From a virus: DNA of 64,000 nucleotides. The stretch lies in IMG/VR virus record IMGVR_UViG_3300005436_000501, positions 32,001 to 96,000 of that record; one strand, written 5' to 3'. A model generated the notes under the pieces. The model saw nothing but the letters and a program-made list of their open reading frames with translations, was not told where the DNA came from and did no database searches. The position numbers were made by a program, and so were the translations under genes. Below are positions 53,612-63,234 of this stretch, piece by piece (the stretch's first letter is position 1; each line of letters starts with the position of its first letter).

Positions 53612-56600
53612 TCAGCCGTCCGTCGCGCCGACGCCGGCGCGGTCCGCCGGGGCGATCTCCGCGAGCGAAACGGTCACCGGCATGGGCGCGCACCGGCACC
53701 GAGTATGTCCAGGTGGTGATAAATCGCCGCTCTGGAAAGCCGCTCCGAGCGGCACGGCGCCCTCGGCCTCGTTCGGTTCGCAGACGCTCGAACACACGCG
53801 ATCATCATCAGCCGAGGCCCAGTAGGTGGCCTCAATGCCGTTGGCCCGGTACGTGTCCATCGACGCGGCGCTCGTTGCTCGCGCCAGTTCCGTGATCGCG
53901 ACCGCTTCGGCCCACGCGGGGTCATCGAGGATGCCGCGCAGTACCCCGGCCAGGGTGGCGGCCGAGTCTCCGCGCGCCAGGGCGTCGGACAGCGCCTTGG
54001 CCAGCTTGTCCAGGCGGTTGCTGGCGATCGACTTGATCGTGATCCCGGCCCGGTCGAGCAACAGCGCTAGTCCGTTGCGGCCGTTCTCGTCCAGGACCAG
54101 CCGGGCGGCGTCCACGTCTCCCGGGACCCACCGCGACCAGTCCACGCGCGCGCTGCCGGTCAGGACGGCGGTCGCGGACAGGTCCCCGATGACGTAGCCC
54201 TCGGTCCACAGCCCCACGATCAGGCCAGCGAGTACCACGGTCAGGTCCACACCACGTTCGGCGAGCCAGGAAGCGGGGTCCTGGGTGTAAGTGTCGGGGC
54301 CGGGCGGGTCGTCGGTGAAGTCGTTGGGCAGGTCGGGTTCGTCGGCCTTTCCGAGCATGGCGATGCGGTGCGCGATCCACGCCTCGGCAAGTGCTCGGGC
54401 ATTCAGGGCGCCGCGCATGGCTGTGCGGATGCGCGGCTTCCAGGCGGCGGCGGTCTGCTTGTCTCGGTCCCAGCCCGGCCAGTGCGGCCGGTCCGGGTCA
54501 CCGGCTTTTGGGACTTTGCCGACACCGCCCGCGGGCGCGAACACGATGCGCGGGTCGGCGAACATGTCGTCGGGCGCGTCGGCTTTGGTCAGGATCCGGG
54601 CGTGGAAGGCGCGGCCGGGCTTGGGGTTGCGGCGCGCCCAGTTGCGATAGGCGGCGATCTCCGCCTTGACGGACTGCGTGGTGGCTGGCGTCGGCGCGCC
54701 CTCGGACGCGTCCGACTCTTCGCCGTCACCGTCGTCGCCCTGGTCGTCCTCGAACTGGTCGGGCACGCCGTCCGCGTTGTCGTCCTTGTTCGGGGGCGAC
54801 TCCAGGGGCGTAACCGTCTCCCCTGCGGGCGCCAGCTTCGACGCGCCCTCCAGGAAGATCACGCCGCGGCTGGTCACCACGATCGGCATGTCCGCCTCGG
54901 GGAACGCATACCTCGGCAACCCGAGCCGGTCGCGGTCCTCGTTGTACGTCATCCGCGCGCTCTTCACGCGGGTGTCGGCAACCGCGTCGGCCGCCGCTTC
55001 GTCCTCGTCCTCGAGTCCGAGGATCTTGAATTCGAGTTCGCCGGGCATCCCCAGGTGCCGCCGGGAGATCCCGGTGACCAGTCCCTGGATCCACCGGTAC
55101 GTCGGCATGGTGGCGTTGCGGTCCTTGATGTCCGCCTGACCCTCGTGGTACCCGCTGGAGCCTAGACCGCCGGTCTCGGTGAAGTTGAGCTCCGCGATGG
55201 TCGTGGCGAAGTGCGCGGCGAGCTGCTTGAGCAGGAACAGGTCGTACTCGGGCTTGTAGCGCTCGGCGACGTCCGCGTGGGATTCGAGCTCGAACCCGGG
55301 CGGCAGGATCCGCATCCGGTGCCGCTCGAGCGTCTGCCCGGACCAGGCGTCGTTCAGGGCGGTCTCGTACTCCAGGACCTGCTGCGGCGTCCATGAACTG
55401 GTGGCGTTGTTGCGCAGCAGCCCGGCGGGCACGGTGCCGTCGGTGAACTCGGCGCGGATCCAGGCGCGCCGGCGCAGCCACACGTCGAGGTCCTCGAGGC
55501 ACTGCTCGACCGCGCTGAAGCCGTAGAGGGTCTCGGTGCGCACGTTGCGCCGCTTGTAGATCAGGGTGTCGGGCGCGTAGCCGTTGATGACCTTGCCCTG
55601 GTCGTCCACGTCTGCGACGTACTCGCCGCGCGGAAAGCCCCACAGGATCTGCTGGTACGCCGGGTTGGGCGGCAGGGGCTTGCCGCCGCGGTAGTCCCGC
55701 AGCACCTTAATGGTGTTGCCGCACCAGGCCGGCTTGCCGTTGCGCCGCACGTACAACACCTCGTTCGGCACCGACACGCAGAACACGTCGCCGTCATACG
55801 GCACCCCCTCGACACGCCACGTGCGAGCTTGCGTGTTCGACAGTCGGACCGAATACTTTGGCCGCATGTTCCCCGAGTGGATAACACGTCCATCACGCAT
55901 CACCGAGTCCGCGGTGGCCACGCTACGACTCACGTTGGCGCACTTGCCGATCTTCTGCGCGATCTCCTGTAGATCGTCAGCCATGCGGGGGCTGCACGTC
56001 GTGATGGTCTGACGATTCCCGTCGTAGCAGCCATCCCCCAGCATGTAGAAACGCCAGAAGATCTCAAGCTGGCGCGCAGACATGTTCTTGACGATGTCCG
56101 GGACATGCTTCTCGTGCGCTTTCCCGAACTGCGCAAGGTAGGAGTGGAGGCACTTCCGGCTGATGACGAACGACTTGCCGGTATGGCATACCTCGCGGCC
56201 GAAGATCCGCATGAGCAGGTCGCGGAACGGGCCGTATCCCTTCGACGCGGGGTCTTGCGTGATGCAGACGGCGTCCTTCTTCGCGCCGGTAACGCAGCCC
56301 TCGGAGAGGTACGCCCCCATGAAGGCCGCGAAGTCGTCGCCGCTGCACTCGAACGGCAGCGACGTGGTACGTCCAGAGGCGGCCAGTTTGAACTCGGCCA
56401 GGTCGGCGCCGATCCAGTGCGATGTCATCGGGATCTTCGACGCTTGGCCATTGCCGAATTCAGCCAACTCGGCTGCCGTGACAATTGCCTCGCCGCGATC
56501 CTGCCAGCGGGAGCCGCCCAGCGCGCGGGGCTTGGCGGTCACGAGCATCCGATGATTGCCCGTGACGAGGACATCCAGGGACTTCGACGTGAAGTGGTAG

Positions 56601-57475
56601 AGGTCGCCCTTGTGCGGGGCGCGGTGGAAGTACGTGGCCTGCTGCCACTCGAAGTCGTGCGTCTTGGGGTTGCGCGTCGCGAAGTCATCGTCGACGCGGG
56701 TGTCCGCGAAGCGGAGCCAGCCGCGTCGCGTCAAGACTTCAGTGTCGTCGGAGTAGCAGGACCCGTCCAATATCTCTAAAGCGTACAGGTCGCCGCCGTA
56801 CGTGCGCCTGGGATAGATCGCTAGGGCGTCCAACACGAGGTGCTCTTCGAGGAGTTTTCCGATCCAGTCGGTCCAGTCCTCGTCCTGGCCGGGGTCGGGC
56901 TTCTCCCAGAACGCGGAGCAGCGGGCGATCTCGGGTCCGAGGCGCCTGCGCAGGTCCGCCTCGACGTCGGCACGCGCCGAGGAGGGACTGTCGGCCTGCG
57001 CTTTCGCAACGGCCGACTTGGTGATGGTGATCGCCCATTCGAGGGTGGAGATCTCGTCCTTGCGGATCTGGATACAGCGCCGCGGGATCCCGCCGGCCGC
57101 GGCGGCGTCGCGCAGCACCTTCCACGGCACGAGCCGGTCGGTGACGCCGGGCAGGTTCGTGGAGACGGGGTATTCGCCGAAGCGGGGTTCGGGCCGGCCG
57201 GAGTCGCGCCGTACGGGGTCGATCGCGGCGGGGATCAGGGCGAGGCCGGGTCCGAACGCGACCTGCGGGTCCAGGCGTGGCAGCGGGTTGAAGCCGCCGC
57301 TGGTGGCCGGGGCGGTGTTCACGGCGGCGAGCAGCGCGGCGACCTGCGTTCCGGTGTAGGTGGTCGCTCCGGGTCCGACACCAGGCACCATAGCCTTGGT
57401 CATTTCGGCTTCGGTGCTGCGGCGCACCTGGTAGTGCTGGTTGCCGCCCTTGCGGTTGCGGTTGCGGCGACTCAC
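53612..57475 (-). CDS. Portal protein (intein-containing) fused to a MuF/gp7-like head morphogenesis domain
   Basis: LDG(S|T)IK, YGFSAVE, FTDGTVPAGLL, TYNEDR..LG portal motifs; C-terminal A.TE.ARA..W..DDRVC..C..N..PPGHTRCRC. Confidence 0.92.
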   Translation of the reverse strand: MSRRNRNRKGGNQHYQVRRSTEAEMTKAMVPGVGPGATTYTGTQVAALLAAVNTAPATSGGFNPLPRLDPQVAFGPGLALIPAAIDPVRRDSGRPEPRFGEYPVSTNLPGVTDRLVPWKVLRDAAAAGGIPRRCIQIRKDEISTLEWAITITKSAVAKAQADSPSSARADVEADLRRRLGPEIARCSAFWEKPDPGQDEDWTDWIGKLLEEHLVLDALAIYPRRTYGGDLYALEILDGSCYSDDTEVLTRRGWLRFADTRVDDDFATRNPKTHDFEWQQATYFHRAPHKGDLYHFTSKSLDVLVTGNHRMLVTAKPRALGGSRWQDRGEAIVTAAELAEFGNGQASKIPMTSHWIGADLAEFKLAASGRTTSLPFECSGDDFAAFMGAYLSEGCVTGAKKDAVCITQDPASKGYGPFRDLLMRIFGREVCHTGKSFVISRKCLHSYLAQFGKAHEKHVPDIVKNMSARQLEIFWRFYMLGDGCYDGNRQTITTCSPRMADDLQEIAQKIGKCANVSRSVATADSVMRDGRVIHSGNMRPKYSVRLSNTQARTWRVEGVPYDGDVFCVSVPNEVLYVRRNGKPAWCGNTIKVLRDYRGGKPLPPNPAYQQILWGFPRGEYVADVDDQGKVINGYAPDTLIYKRRNVRTETLYGFSAVEQCLEDLDVWLRRRAWIRAEFTDGTVPAGLLRNNATSSWTPQQVLEYETALNDAWSGQTLERHRMRILPPGFELESHADVAERYKPEYDLFLLKQLAAHFATTIAELNFTETGGLGSSGYHEGQADIKDRNATMPTYRWIQGLVTGISRRHLGMPGELEFKILGLEDEDEAAADAVADTRVKSARMTYNEDRDRLGLPRYAFPEADMPIVVTSRGVIFLEGASKLAPAGETVTPLESPPNKDDNADGVPDQFEDDQGDDGDGEESDASEGAPTPATTQSVKAEIAAYRNWARRNPKPGRAFHARILTKADAPDDMFADPRIVFAPAGGVGKVPKAGDPDRPHWPGWDRDKQTAAAWKPRIRTAMRGALNARALAEAWIAHRIAMLGKADEPDLPNDFTDDPPGPDTYTQDPASWLAERGVDLTVVLAGLIVGLWTEGYVIGDLSATAVLTGSARVDWSRWVPGDVDAARLVLDENGRNGLALLLDRAGITIKSIASNRLDKLAKALSDALARGDSAATLAGVLRGILDDPAWAEAVAITELARATSAASMDTYRANGIEATYWASADDDRVCSSVCEPNEAEGAVPLGAAFQSGDLSPPGHTRCRCAPMPVTVSLAEIAPADRAGVGATDG
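55715..56758 (-). mobile_element. 348-aa intein with LAGLIDADG (DOD) homing endonuclease
   Basis: Block A CYSDDTEVLTRRGW, block B VTGNHRM, FMGAYLSEG and FYMLGDG, block F YDGDVFCVSVP, block G YVRRNGKPAWCGN followed by T. Confidence 0.95.
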
Positions 57476-57521
57476 CGGGGATCCGACCCCCTCGGCGCGG
57501 TCGGGGTGGCATCCTCAGTGC

Positions 57522-57785
57522 ATGCGGATCACACTGCAACAGCAGGCGGAGCCGGGCTGCGTCTTCGCCGGGGATGCCCTGGACGCGAACATCGGCCGGA
57601 CGGCCCCGGTCAATCTGGGCGCCCACCGGGCCGAGGGCGTCATCGTCGCGGCGCGCGTAGTCGACAACGGCGAAGCGATGGAGGTGACGGTCGAGGTGGC
57701 CGAGGATGAACAGGTGCGGCACCTGGAGTCCGCGCTCAAACCGCCGCTGGGCCGCTACTCGATCGGCGCGACGCCACCAGTCTGA
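57522..57785 (+). CDS. Small antisense hypothetical protein (moron-like)
   Basis: High-GC3 88-codon ORF; CATCCT -10-like hexamer 6 nt before the ATG. Confidence 0.55.
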   Translation: MRITLQQQAEPGCVFAGDALDANIGRTAPVNLGAHRAEGVIVAARVVDNGEAMEVTVEVAEDEQVRHLESALKPPLGRYSIGATPPV

Positions 57786-58237
57786 TCGCCACGCAGACTC
57801 GTCGGCCTTTGCGCGAGCCGCTCAAGTTGCTCCGGCGTCGGACTGTGCGGCAGGCCGCCAACCGGGTATTGCGCCGAGCGCGGCCCGGGCCGGGCGGCGG
57901 CTTTCAGCGGGCGCACGAGGTATTCGTACCGGAACTCGACGATCGGCAGCGGGTGCAGGGTGGCCGCGCCGATGAGCCCGGCTTCGGTGAGCAGCCGGGC
58001 CGCGATGGCGCAGGCGGCGGCGGTGACCTCGCCTGTGCTCATGCCTGCGGTGTGCTCGTCCCAGCGCAGGCTGAACCTGATGTGCCGAGCAGCCCAGTCG
58101 TCCACCCCGGGAGGACTCCACGGGGTCACGGTGACGTCCGGGTGTGCGTCGGGCAGCGAATCGACCGGGATGAGCGTGATGTCGCCCGGTCCGGGGCCGT
58201 ACACGGTAACCCTCTGTCGCCGAGTAGGTTCGGTCAT
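57755..58237 (-). CDS. Hypothetical protein
   Basis: ATGA coupled. Confidence 0.55.
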   Translation of the reverse strand: MTEPTRRQRVTVYGPGPGDITLIPVDSLPDAHPDVTVTPWSPPGVDDWAARHIRFSLRWDEHTAGMSTGEVTAAACAIAARLLTEAGLIGAATLHPLPIVEFRYEYLVRPLKAAARPGPRSAQYPVGGLPHSPTPEQLERLAQRPTSLRGDQTGGVAPIE

Positions 58238-58746
58238 CGTGTCACGACCTCGATCGGGATCAGCGGGCGCGAACCCTCGGGACGGTCTGCGGGTGGCAGG
58301 TCCCCGAGGTACGAGCACTGCGGGTCGAGGTTCGCGGCCCGCTCGGCGCTGGGCGCCTGTCCGTACCAGGGGAAGTTCGCGCAGATCGGGGGCTTGGAGT
58401 CTTGGGCGGCGCACAGCCGGGTATGGCGGTCGAACAGGTCGCAGTCGTAGTCGTTCGCGTCCCCGCCGCGGCGGCGCCAGTGCTTCGCGGCGAAGTCGGC
58501 GTTGCGGCGGGTGGAACCGTCCGGGGCGAACATGCCCACGGCGCGGGCACGTGACTCGGCGCTGTCGTCGTTCCAGCCGTTGGCGCGCCAGTACGCCCAG
58601 CCCTCGTCGGTAGAGGGGTCCGGGACACCCGCAAGGCGCTGCGTGGTCCACATTGCGAGGGTGTCGGCCGCCCACTGCGAGAGCGTCACCGGATCGCAGC
58701 AGCAGCCGCACCTGGCGCAGCCGAGCGTCGAAGCGAAGTCGGTCAT
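58234..58746 (-). CDS. YkgJ-family (CxxCxxCC) Zn/Fe-S cluster protein
   Basis: CARCGCCC..CDLFD..LC...KPPICANFP..C. Confidence 0.8.
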   Translation of the reverse strand: MTDFASTLGCARCGCCCDPVTLSQWAADTLAMWTTQRLAGVPDPSTDEGWAYWRANGWNDDSAESRARAVGMFAPDGSTRRNADFAAKHWRRRGGDANDYDCDLFDRHTRLCAAQDSKPPICANFPWYGQAPSAERAANLDPQCSYLGDLPPADRPEGSRPLIPIEVVTR

Positions 58747-58985
58747 GTAGTGATAATGCCGAGCTGGATCCTCGGCGGGAACGCCGCGTAGATCATCGAA
58801 CACATTCCGCAGTACCCGGGTACGGGCTGCTTGCGCACACAGCCGGGACAGAAGTACTCGGGGACGTCGAACTCGAACGTGTAACCTGCGAGCGCCGCCG
58901 CGAGGGACTGCGTCTCGGGCCACGCGAGCCGCTCCGGATCAACCGCGCAACCGGCCTGTGGCGTGTCGAACTCGGGGTCGCCCAT
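58743..58985 (-). CDS. Small zinc-binding protein
   Basis: FCPGC..YCGMC. Confidence 0.5.
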   Translation of the reverse strand: MGDPEFDTPQAGCAVDPERLAWPETQSLAAALAGYTFEFDVPEYFCPGCVRKQPVPGYCGMCSMIYAAFPPRIQLGIITT

Positions 58986-59209
58986 CAGGCGATCGGGACT
59001 CCGTTGAGCAGCCCGCTGGCGCACACGGCCTCGTGGGCGTCGCGGGTGCGCAGGTCCCGGGCCAGGGCGTGGGAGTCGTTCGAGGTCCAGTGCGCGCCAC
59101 AGAACTGGTGACCGCCAGCGCGGCACAGCAGCACCCGGAACAGTCCGTTCGTCGCACCGAAACTGCCGCCGAGCCGTCGCGGCCACAACACCCCGGACCA
59201 CCACCTCAC
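58985..59209 (-). CDS. Small Cys/His protein
   Basis: Coupled to terL; C..C..H..C. Confidence 0.5.
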   Translation of the reverse strand: MRWWSGVLWPRRLGGSFGATNGLFRVLLCRAGGHQFCGAHWTSNDSHALARDLRTRDAHEAVCASGLLNGVPIA

Positions 59210-60702
59210 GCCGCTGCGGTGAGCCCGCGCAGCCACTCCATCGCCTGGTCCGCTGACCCGTGACCCCCGAGGAGCCGGGACACCGCCTGCGACATCGTAT
59301 CGACCTGATCGTCGTGTACCGCATTCGGGAAACCCGCGTGCTCCTCGATGAACGCCGCCACCCACGGCGCCGACGACGGGTCCGGCAGATGCACGTTGTG
59401 CGCCTCGACGAACGGCGCGACGGCCGAGGCGCGCGCGTACTTGGAGTCCTTCGGCGTCACCGCGATCAGGCCGGGAACCCGCGAACGCAGTTGTGCGATC
59501 ACGGCCGGTCCGTTCGCTTTGTCCTCGACGAGTTTCCCGTTGGCCTGTGGCCACTTCGCCGTCAGCGCCTCGAACGCCTTGCACGTAGCGGGGAAGTCGA
59601 GGCGGTCGCGCACCTGGTCCAGCAGGTACACGTCTGCGCCGCGCCGCCCCCACACCTGCCCGACGACATAATCCGAAACCTTTGTGTCCTTGAACGCCAT
59701 ATCCCAGGACTGGACGAGTTCGTCCATGCTGTCCGCGCGCCATGCGCCGTCGCTGCCGCAGCGGGCCAGCGCAGGACTGTAGTACTGCCAGTCGCCCCGT
59801 TTGAACAGCGTGCCCTCGGCCGGCGCGGGCCGTCCCTGGTAGAGGGCGTTCCAGACGCGCGCGCCGACCGCCGTCTTGATCTGCTCCCACTGCTCGCGGG
59901 TTCGCTTGCGTGCCGAAGGAAGGAACTCGCCGACCGGTCGTCCGAGCGGATCGTGCTGCCCCTTGTTCGGGTCGTGGTCCGCTTGAGCCGGGATGTTGAT
60001 GACTCGCCAGCGGTGGCCGTCCGCGGCGGCGAGCATGCGCCCGGCCAGGTCGTCCTCGTGCCAGCGGGTAAGGATCAGGATGACCGGCGCCCCGGGCGCG
60101 AGGCGCGTGTTCCCGACCGCGAGCCAGAACTTCCAGACCCGCTCGCGCCAGGTCGCCGACTGGGCCTGCGCCTCGTCCTTGATCGGGTCGTCGATATAGA
60201 GGATGTCGGCGGGGCGCCCGGTCAACCCCGCGGTGATGCCGACGCTGCGCACACCGCCGCGGCGCCCGGCGATACGCCACCTGCGGGCCGCGCCGTTGTC
60301 CGGGGCGATACGCAGACCGAGGTCGAGTTCGTCGTCTTCGCCGCTATTGGAGGTGATGTGGTTGCGGATGTTGCGGCCGAACTCGTCCGCGAGGTCCTGT
60401 CCATAGGAGACGATCGCGATGCGCAGGTCCGGGTTGCGGGTGAGCATCCACAGCGGGCCCACCGTGGTGACGCGGGTCGATTTGCCTTCCTGCGGCGGCA
60501 TGCTGATGATCAGTCGGTCGCAGCGACCTTCCGCCACGTCCACCAGTGCGGCGTCGATCAGGTCGAGTGCCCGGGTCTGGACCGTGCTCGGGTCGATCGC
60601 ACGGGCGAGGATCCCCGGGGTGACCCACGGCTGAACCTCGCTGCGGTCGCACTCTTCGTCGATGTGCTCCGCTGTGCGCTCAAGCAGGTCCATCCCGGCC
60701 AC
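59206..60702 (-). CDS. terL: Terminase large subunit
   Basis: MPPQEGKS Walker A, LTGRPAD..IDDP, TRWHEDDLAG, ALYQG.P, SWD, EDKANG, FPN..HDDQVD. Confidence 0.97.
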   Translation of the reverse strand: MAGMDLLERTAEHIDEECDRSEVQPWVTPGILARAIDPSTVQTRALDLIDAALVDVAEGRCDRLIISMPPQEGKSTRVTTVGPLWMLTRNPDLRIAIVSYGQDLADEFGRNIRNHITSNSGEDDELDLGLRIAPDNGAARRWRIAGRRGGVRSVGITAGLTGRPADILYIDDPIKDEAQAQSATWRERVWKFWLAVGNTRLAPGAPVILILTRWHEDDLAGRMLAAADGHRWRVINIPAQADHDPNKGQHDPLGRPVGEFLPSARKRTREQWEQIKTAVGARVWNALYQGRPAPAEGTLFKRGDWQYYSPALARCGSDGAWRADSMDELVQSWDMAFKDTKVSDYVVGQVWGRRGADVYLLDQVRDRLDFPATCKAFEALTAKWPQANGKLVEDKANGPAVIAQLRSRVPGLIAVTPKDSKYARASAVAPFVEAHNVHLPDPSSAPWVAAFIEEHAGFPNAVHDDQVDTMSQAVSRLLGGHGSADQAMEWLRGLTAAA

Positions 60703-60713
60703 CTGCTTAGGGG

Positions 60714-61319
60714 CTAGGCGACCGAGCGAAGTCGTCGCGCGACCGCGCGCTTCGCGGCGACGGCGTCCTCACCGTCCAGCCCGACATCCCGGATCGCTTC
60801 AGCGACAGCCTTGGAGATCAGCTCGACCTTGTCCTGCTCGATGCGTGTCAGCCGTTCGTCGATCCGCAGCCGCGCGTACGACGACAGGACGGTGTTCGCC
60901 CGGTCCATCGCCCGCTCGTAGAGTTGCACGACGGCCTGGATCTGGACGCCTGCGTACTCGGATTCGTAGCCGACGACCTGCAGGTCGTCGAGCAACTTGT
61001 CCATCAGGTCCAGCCACGCCATGACGCGCCCGGCGAACGCGGCGTAGGCGGCCAGCGGATTCTCTACCGGGGCGGACTCGGGAGCGACCTTGCCGAAGAG
61101 TTCGCGCGCTTCACGATCAACCAATTCGACCAACTCGGCGTGCCCGGCTTTCGCCCCGGCCGGCGCGCAGCCGCCGTGAAGCTTGCATCGGCCGGCGCCC
61201 GCGTGGTCGGTGCCCCAGCCGGCGGGTCGCGTGCACAGTCCTTCGCCCTGCTTCTTCTTGCCGCCGCAGTGCCGACTGTCATGGATGGGGGGGCGGTTGC
61301 CGCCTGTCATGGATGGCAC
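60714..61319 (-). CDS. terS: Terminase small subunit (HGGxSTG-like N-terminus)
   Basis: CG.K..C..PAGWGT.H.G.GRCKLHGG; directly upstream of terL. Confidence 0.75.
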   Translation of the reverse strand: MPSMTGGNRPPIHDSRHCGGKKKQGEGLCTRPAGWGTDHAGAGRCKLHGGCAPAGAKAGHAELVELVDREARELFGKVAPESAPVENPLAAYAAFAGRVMAWLDLMDKLLDDLQVVGYESEYAGVQIQAVVQLYERAMDRANTVLSSYARLRIDERLTRIEQDKVELISKAVAEAIRDVGLDGEDAVAAKRAVARRLRSVA

Positions 61320-61368
61320 CGAAGTTCGACGGCCTTGTGGTCGTGGCCGTCATCGGGCGGTGGGGACA

Positions 61369-61788
61369 TCAGGGACTCGCCGGCGCGCGGTTGTCGCTCG
61401 TGCAGACGCAGGCGCTGTAGCCGCCGCAGTCCGCTTGGTGGAGGTGATCGCAGGTGTCGGGCTTCGGCTGCGCGGCGATGCGCGCCGGATGCTCGACCGG
61501 GCGCTGCGTCCCGTCGGGTTTCACGCACGGATCGCCCACGGCGGCGGCGCAGTCGGGGCACGGCACCGGCTGCGGTTCGGTGTGGGTGCATGTCGACACC
61601 AAGGCGTGGTCGCCGCACCCGTGGACGGTGACGCGCACCACGCCGCTTCGGTCCTGTACGTAGCTGGGGTTCCCGGACGCGATGATCGACGCTTCGAGCG
61701 CGGACCAGTGCGCCGCGGCCTCGACGTCGGTCGCGTAGCGCTCCCAGTGCATTTCCGCCGGGGCGCCGCAAATGTGGCAGTCGGGCAC
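61369..61788 (-). CDS. Cys/His-rich zinc-finger protein
   Basis: CHICG..CPDCAA.VGDPC..H.AR. Confidence 0.65.
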   Translation of the reverse strand: MPDCHICGAPAEMHWERYATDVEAAAHWSALEASIIASGNPSYVQDRSGVVRVTVHGCGDHALVSTCTHTEPQPVPCPDCAAAVGDPCVKPDGTQRPVEHPARIAAQPKPDTCDHLHQADCGGYSACVCTSDNRAPASP

Positions 61789-61799
61789 GGCACGCCCCC

Positions 61800-62663
61800 T
61801 TACGCGGTGCGGGTGAGCACGATGCGCTCGACCTGTCCGATGAAACCGGTCGCGGACGCGTTCTGCGTGAGCATCGCGAGGGTGACGGTGTGCTGACCGG
61901 CGCCTATCGTGAGCCCGGTCAGGGCGCTGCGGGTGGGGGTGAGGCTTGCCGCGTATCCGTCGATCGTGCCGGCCGTGACGCCGTCGATCTTCACGGTGTA
62001 GATGCCGCGCGACTGGAACCGCGGGTGGAAAAGCTCGAACGTGTAGGTGCCCACGTCACAGGCGAAATCGAGACTGATCGTGTCGCCCTGGGTGCCATCA
62101 CTTTGGTTGACCCACCCGTAGAACGCGGGATCCGCGATGTACGTGGGCGTCCACGCCCCGACGGGCGCGACCACGGTCGACGGCTGGCCGTTGGCCTGGA
62201 TGGCGACCTGCCGGGAGAACGTGCTGGCGCCGGCTGCGGCGAAGGTGACGTCGACTCGGTTGCTCGCGGGATTGTCGGCGGCGGTGACGGTCGCGTTGGC
62301 GCCCGCGATCAGGTTTACCTCGGACCGGACGCCCTTGACGGTGCCGCCGACCGCGACCTGCACTGGGGCGGACGGGGTCGGCGGGACACCCGCGAGAACC
62401 TGGCTGAGGTTGTACGGGCCGCCGCTGGCCGGGACGATGATGCTCGCGATCGTCTGGCCTGCGGTGACCTGGTAGAACGTGCCCGCCGTGTTCGGGGTCA
62501 GATCCAGGGACCAGTTGCCGCCGTTGTCGCTGCGGATCGTCGTCGGCGTGCCGGTCGCGGCGCCGGGGTTGAGCGGGCTGCCGCTCATCGGCGTGATGCC
62601 GACGCTGGTGTATTTGAGGGGCGCGCCGCCCGAGTCGGTGGCTGTGCCCTGGATGACGGTCAT
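61800..62663 (-). CDS. Putative virion-associated protein with carbohydrate-binding-like C-terminal domain
   Basis: GNWSLDL.PN N-terminus; RGIYTVKIDG..IDGY..GQHTVTL. Confidence 0.6.
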   Translation of the reverse strand: MTVIQGTATDSGGAPLKYTSVGITPMSGSPLNPGAATGTPTTIRSDNGGNWSLDLTPNTAGTFYQVTAGQTIASIIVPASGGPYNLSQVLAGVPPTPSAPVQVAVGGTVKGVRSEVNLIAGANATVTAADNPASNRVDVTFAAAGASTFSRQVAIQANGQPSTVVAPVGAWTPTYIADPAFYGWVNQSDGTQGDTISLDFACDVGTYTFELFHPRFQSRGIYTVKIDGVTAGTIDGYAASLTPTRSALTGLTIGAGQHTVTLAMLTQNASATGFIGQVERIVLTRTA

Positions 62664-62721
62664 CGCGCGGACCTCCTGTCTGTCGCGTGCAGGGGCCAGC
62701 GCGGGCGGCGCGCGGGTTCGC

Positions 62722-63234
62722 CTACCGGTCTTGCGCCAGGGCGAGCCGCGCGAGGTCCGCGGGGACGACGTAGCCGGACCAGCGGTGGTCGTCGAAGATC
62801 TGCCAGCCGCCGAGCTGCGCGGCCTTGTCGGCGAGGCGGCTGCAGATCGCGTGGCCGGTGGCGTCGATGTAGTCGCGCAGCCCGGGGATCGGCAGGTGGA
62901 AGCGGTGCGCGGCGAGGGCGAAATATTCGAGCGCCGAGTAGGGGGTGTCTTTGAGGTGCCGGGCTGCGGCGGTGACGCTGTCGCGGTGTTGCGCGGGGCA
63001 GCGCAGCCACAGGACGGGGCGGTCGTCGTATTCGGTGAGGCTGGCGATGCGGGCTCCGCCGGGTTCGGCTTCGAGGAGTTCGCCGTCGCCGAGGTAGACG
63101 AAGCAGTGTTCCCAGGGCTGGAATCCGTCGCCGAGCAGGTACTGGCCCAGGGAGATGAGGCGGCCGGCGTCGCCGTGGATGGTAGTGATGCCGATGTCGC
63201 CCGGTTCGGGGGCGGCGGCGCCGGTCGCGGTCAC
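62722..63234 (-). CDS. Permuted NlpC/P60 (YiiX/YebB-like) amidase
   Basis: PGDIG..EH.FVYLG..EA.PGG..TPY..ICS.L (His before Cys). Confidence 0.75.
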   Translation of the reverse strand: MTATGAAAPEPGDIGITTIHGDAGRLISLGQYLLGDGFQPWEHCFVYLGDGELLEAEPGGARIASLTEYDDRPVLWLRCPAQHRDSVTAAARHLKDTPYSALEYFALAAHRFHLPIPGLRDYIDATGHAICSRLADKAAQLGGWQIFDDHRWSGYVVPADLARLALAQDR

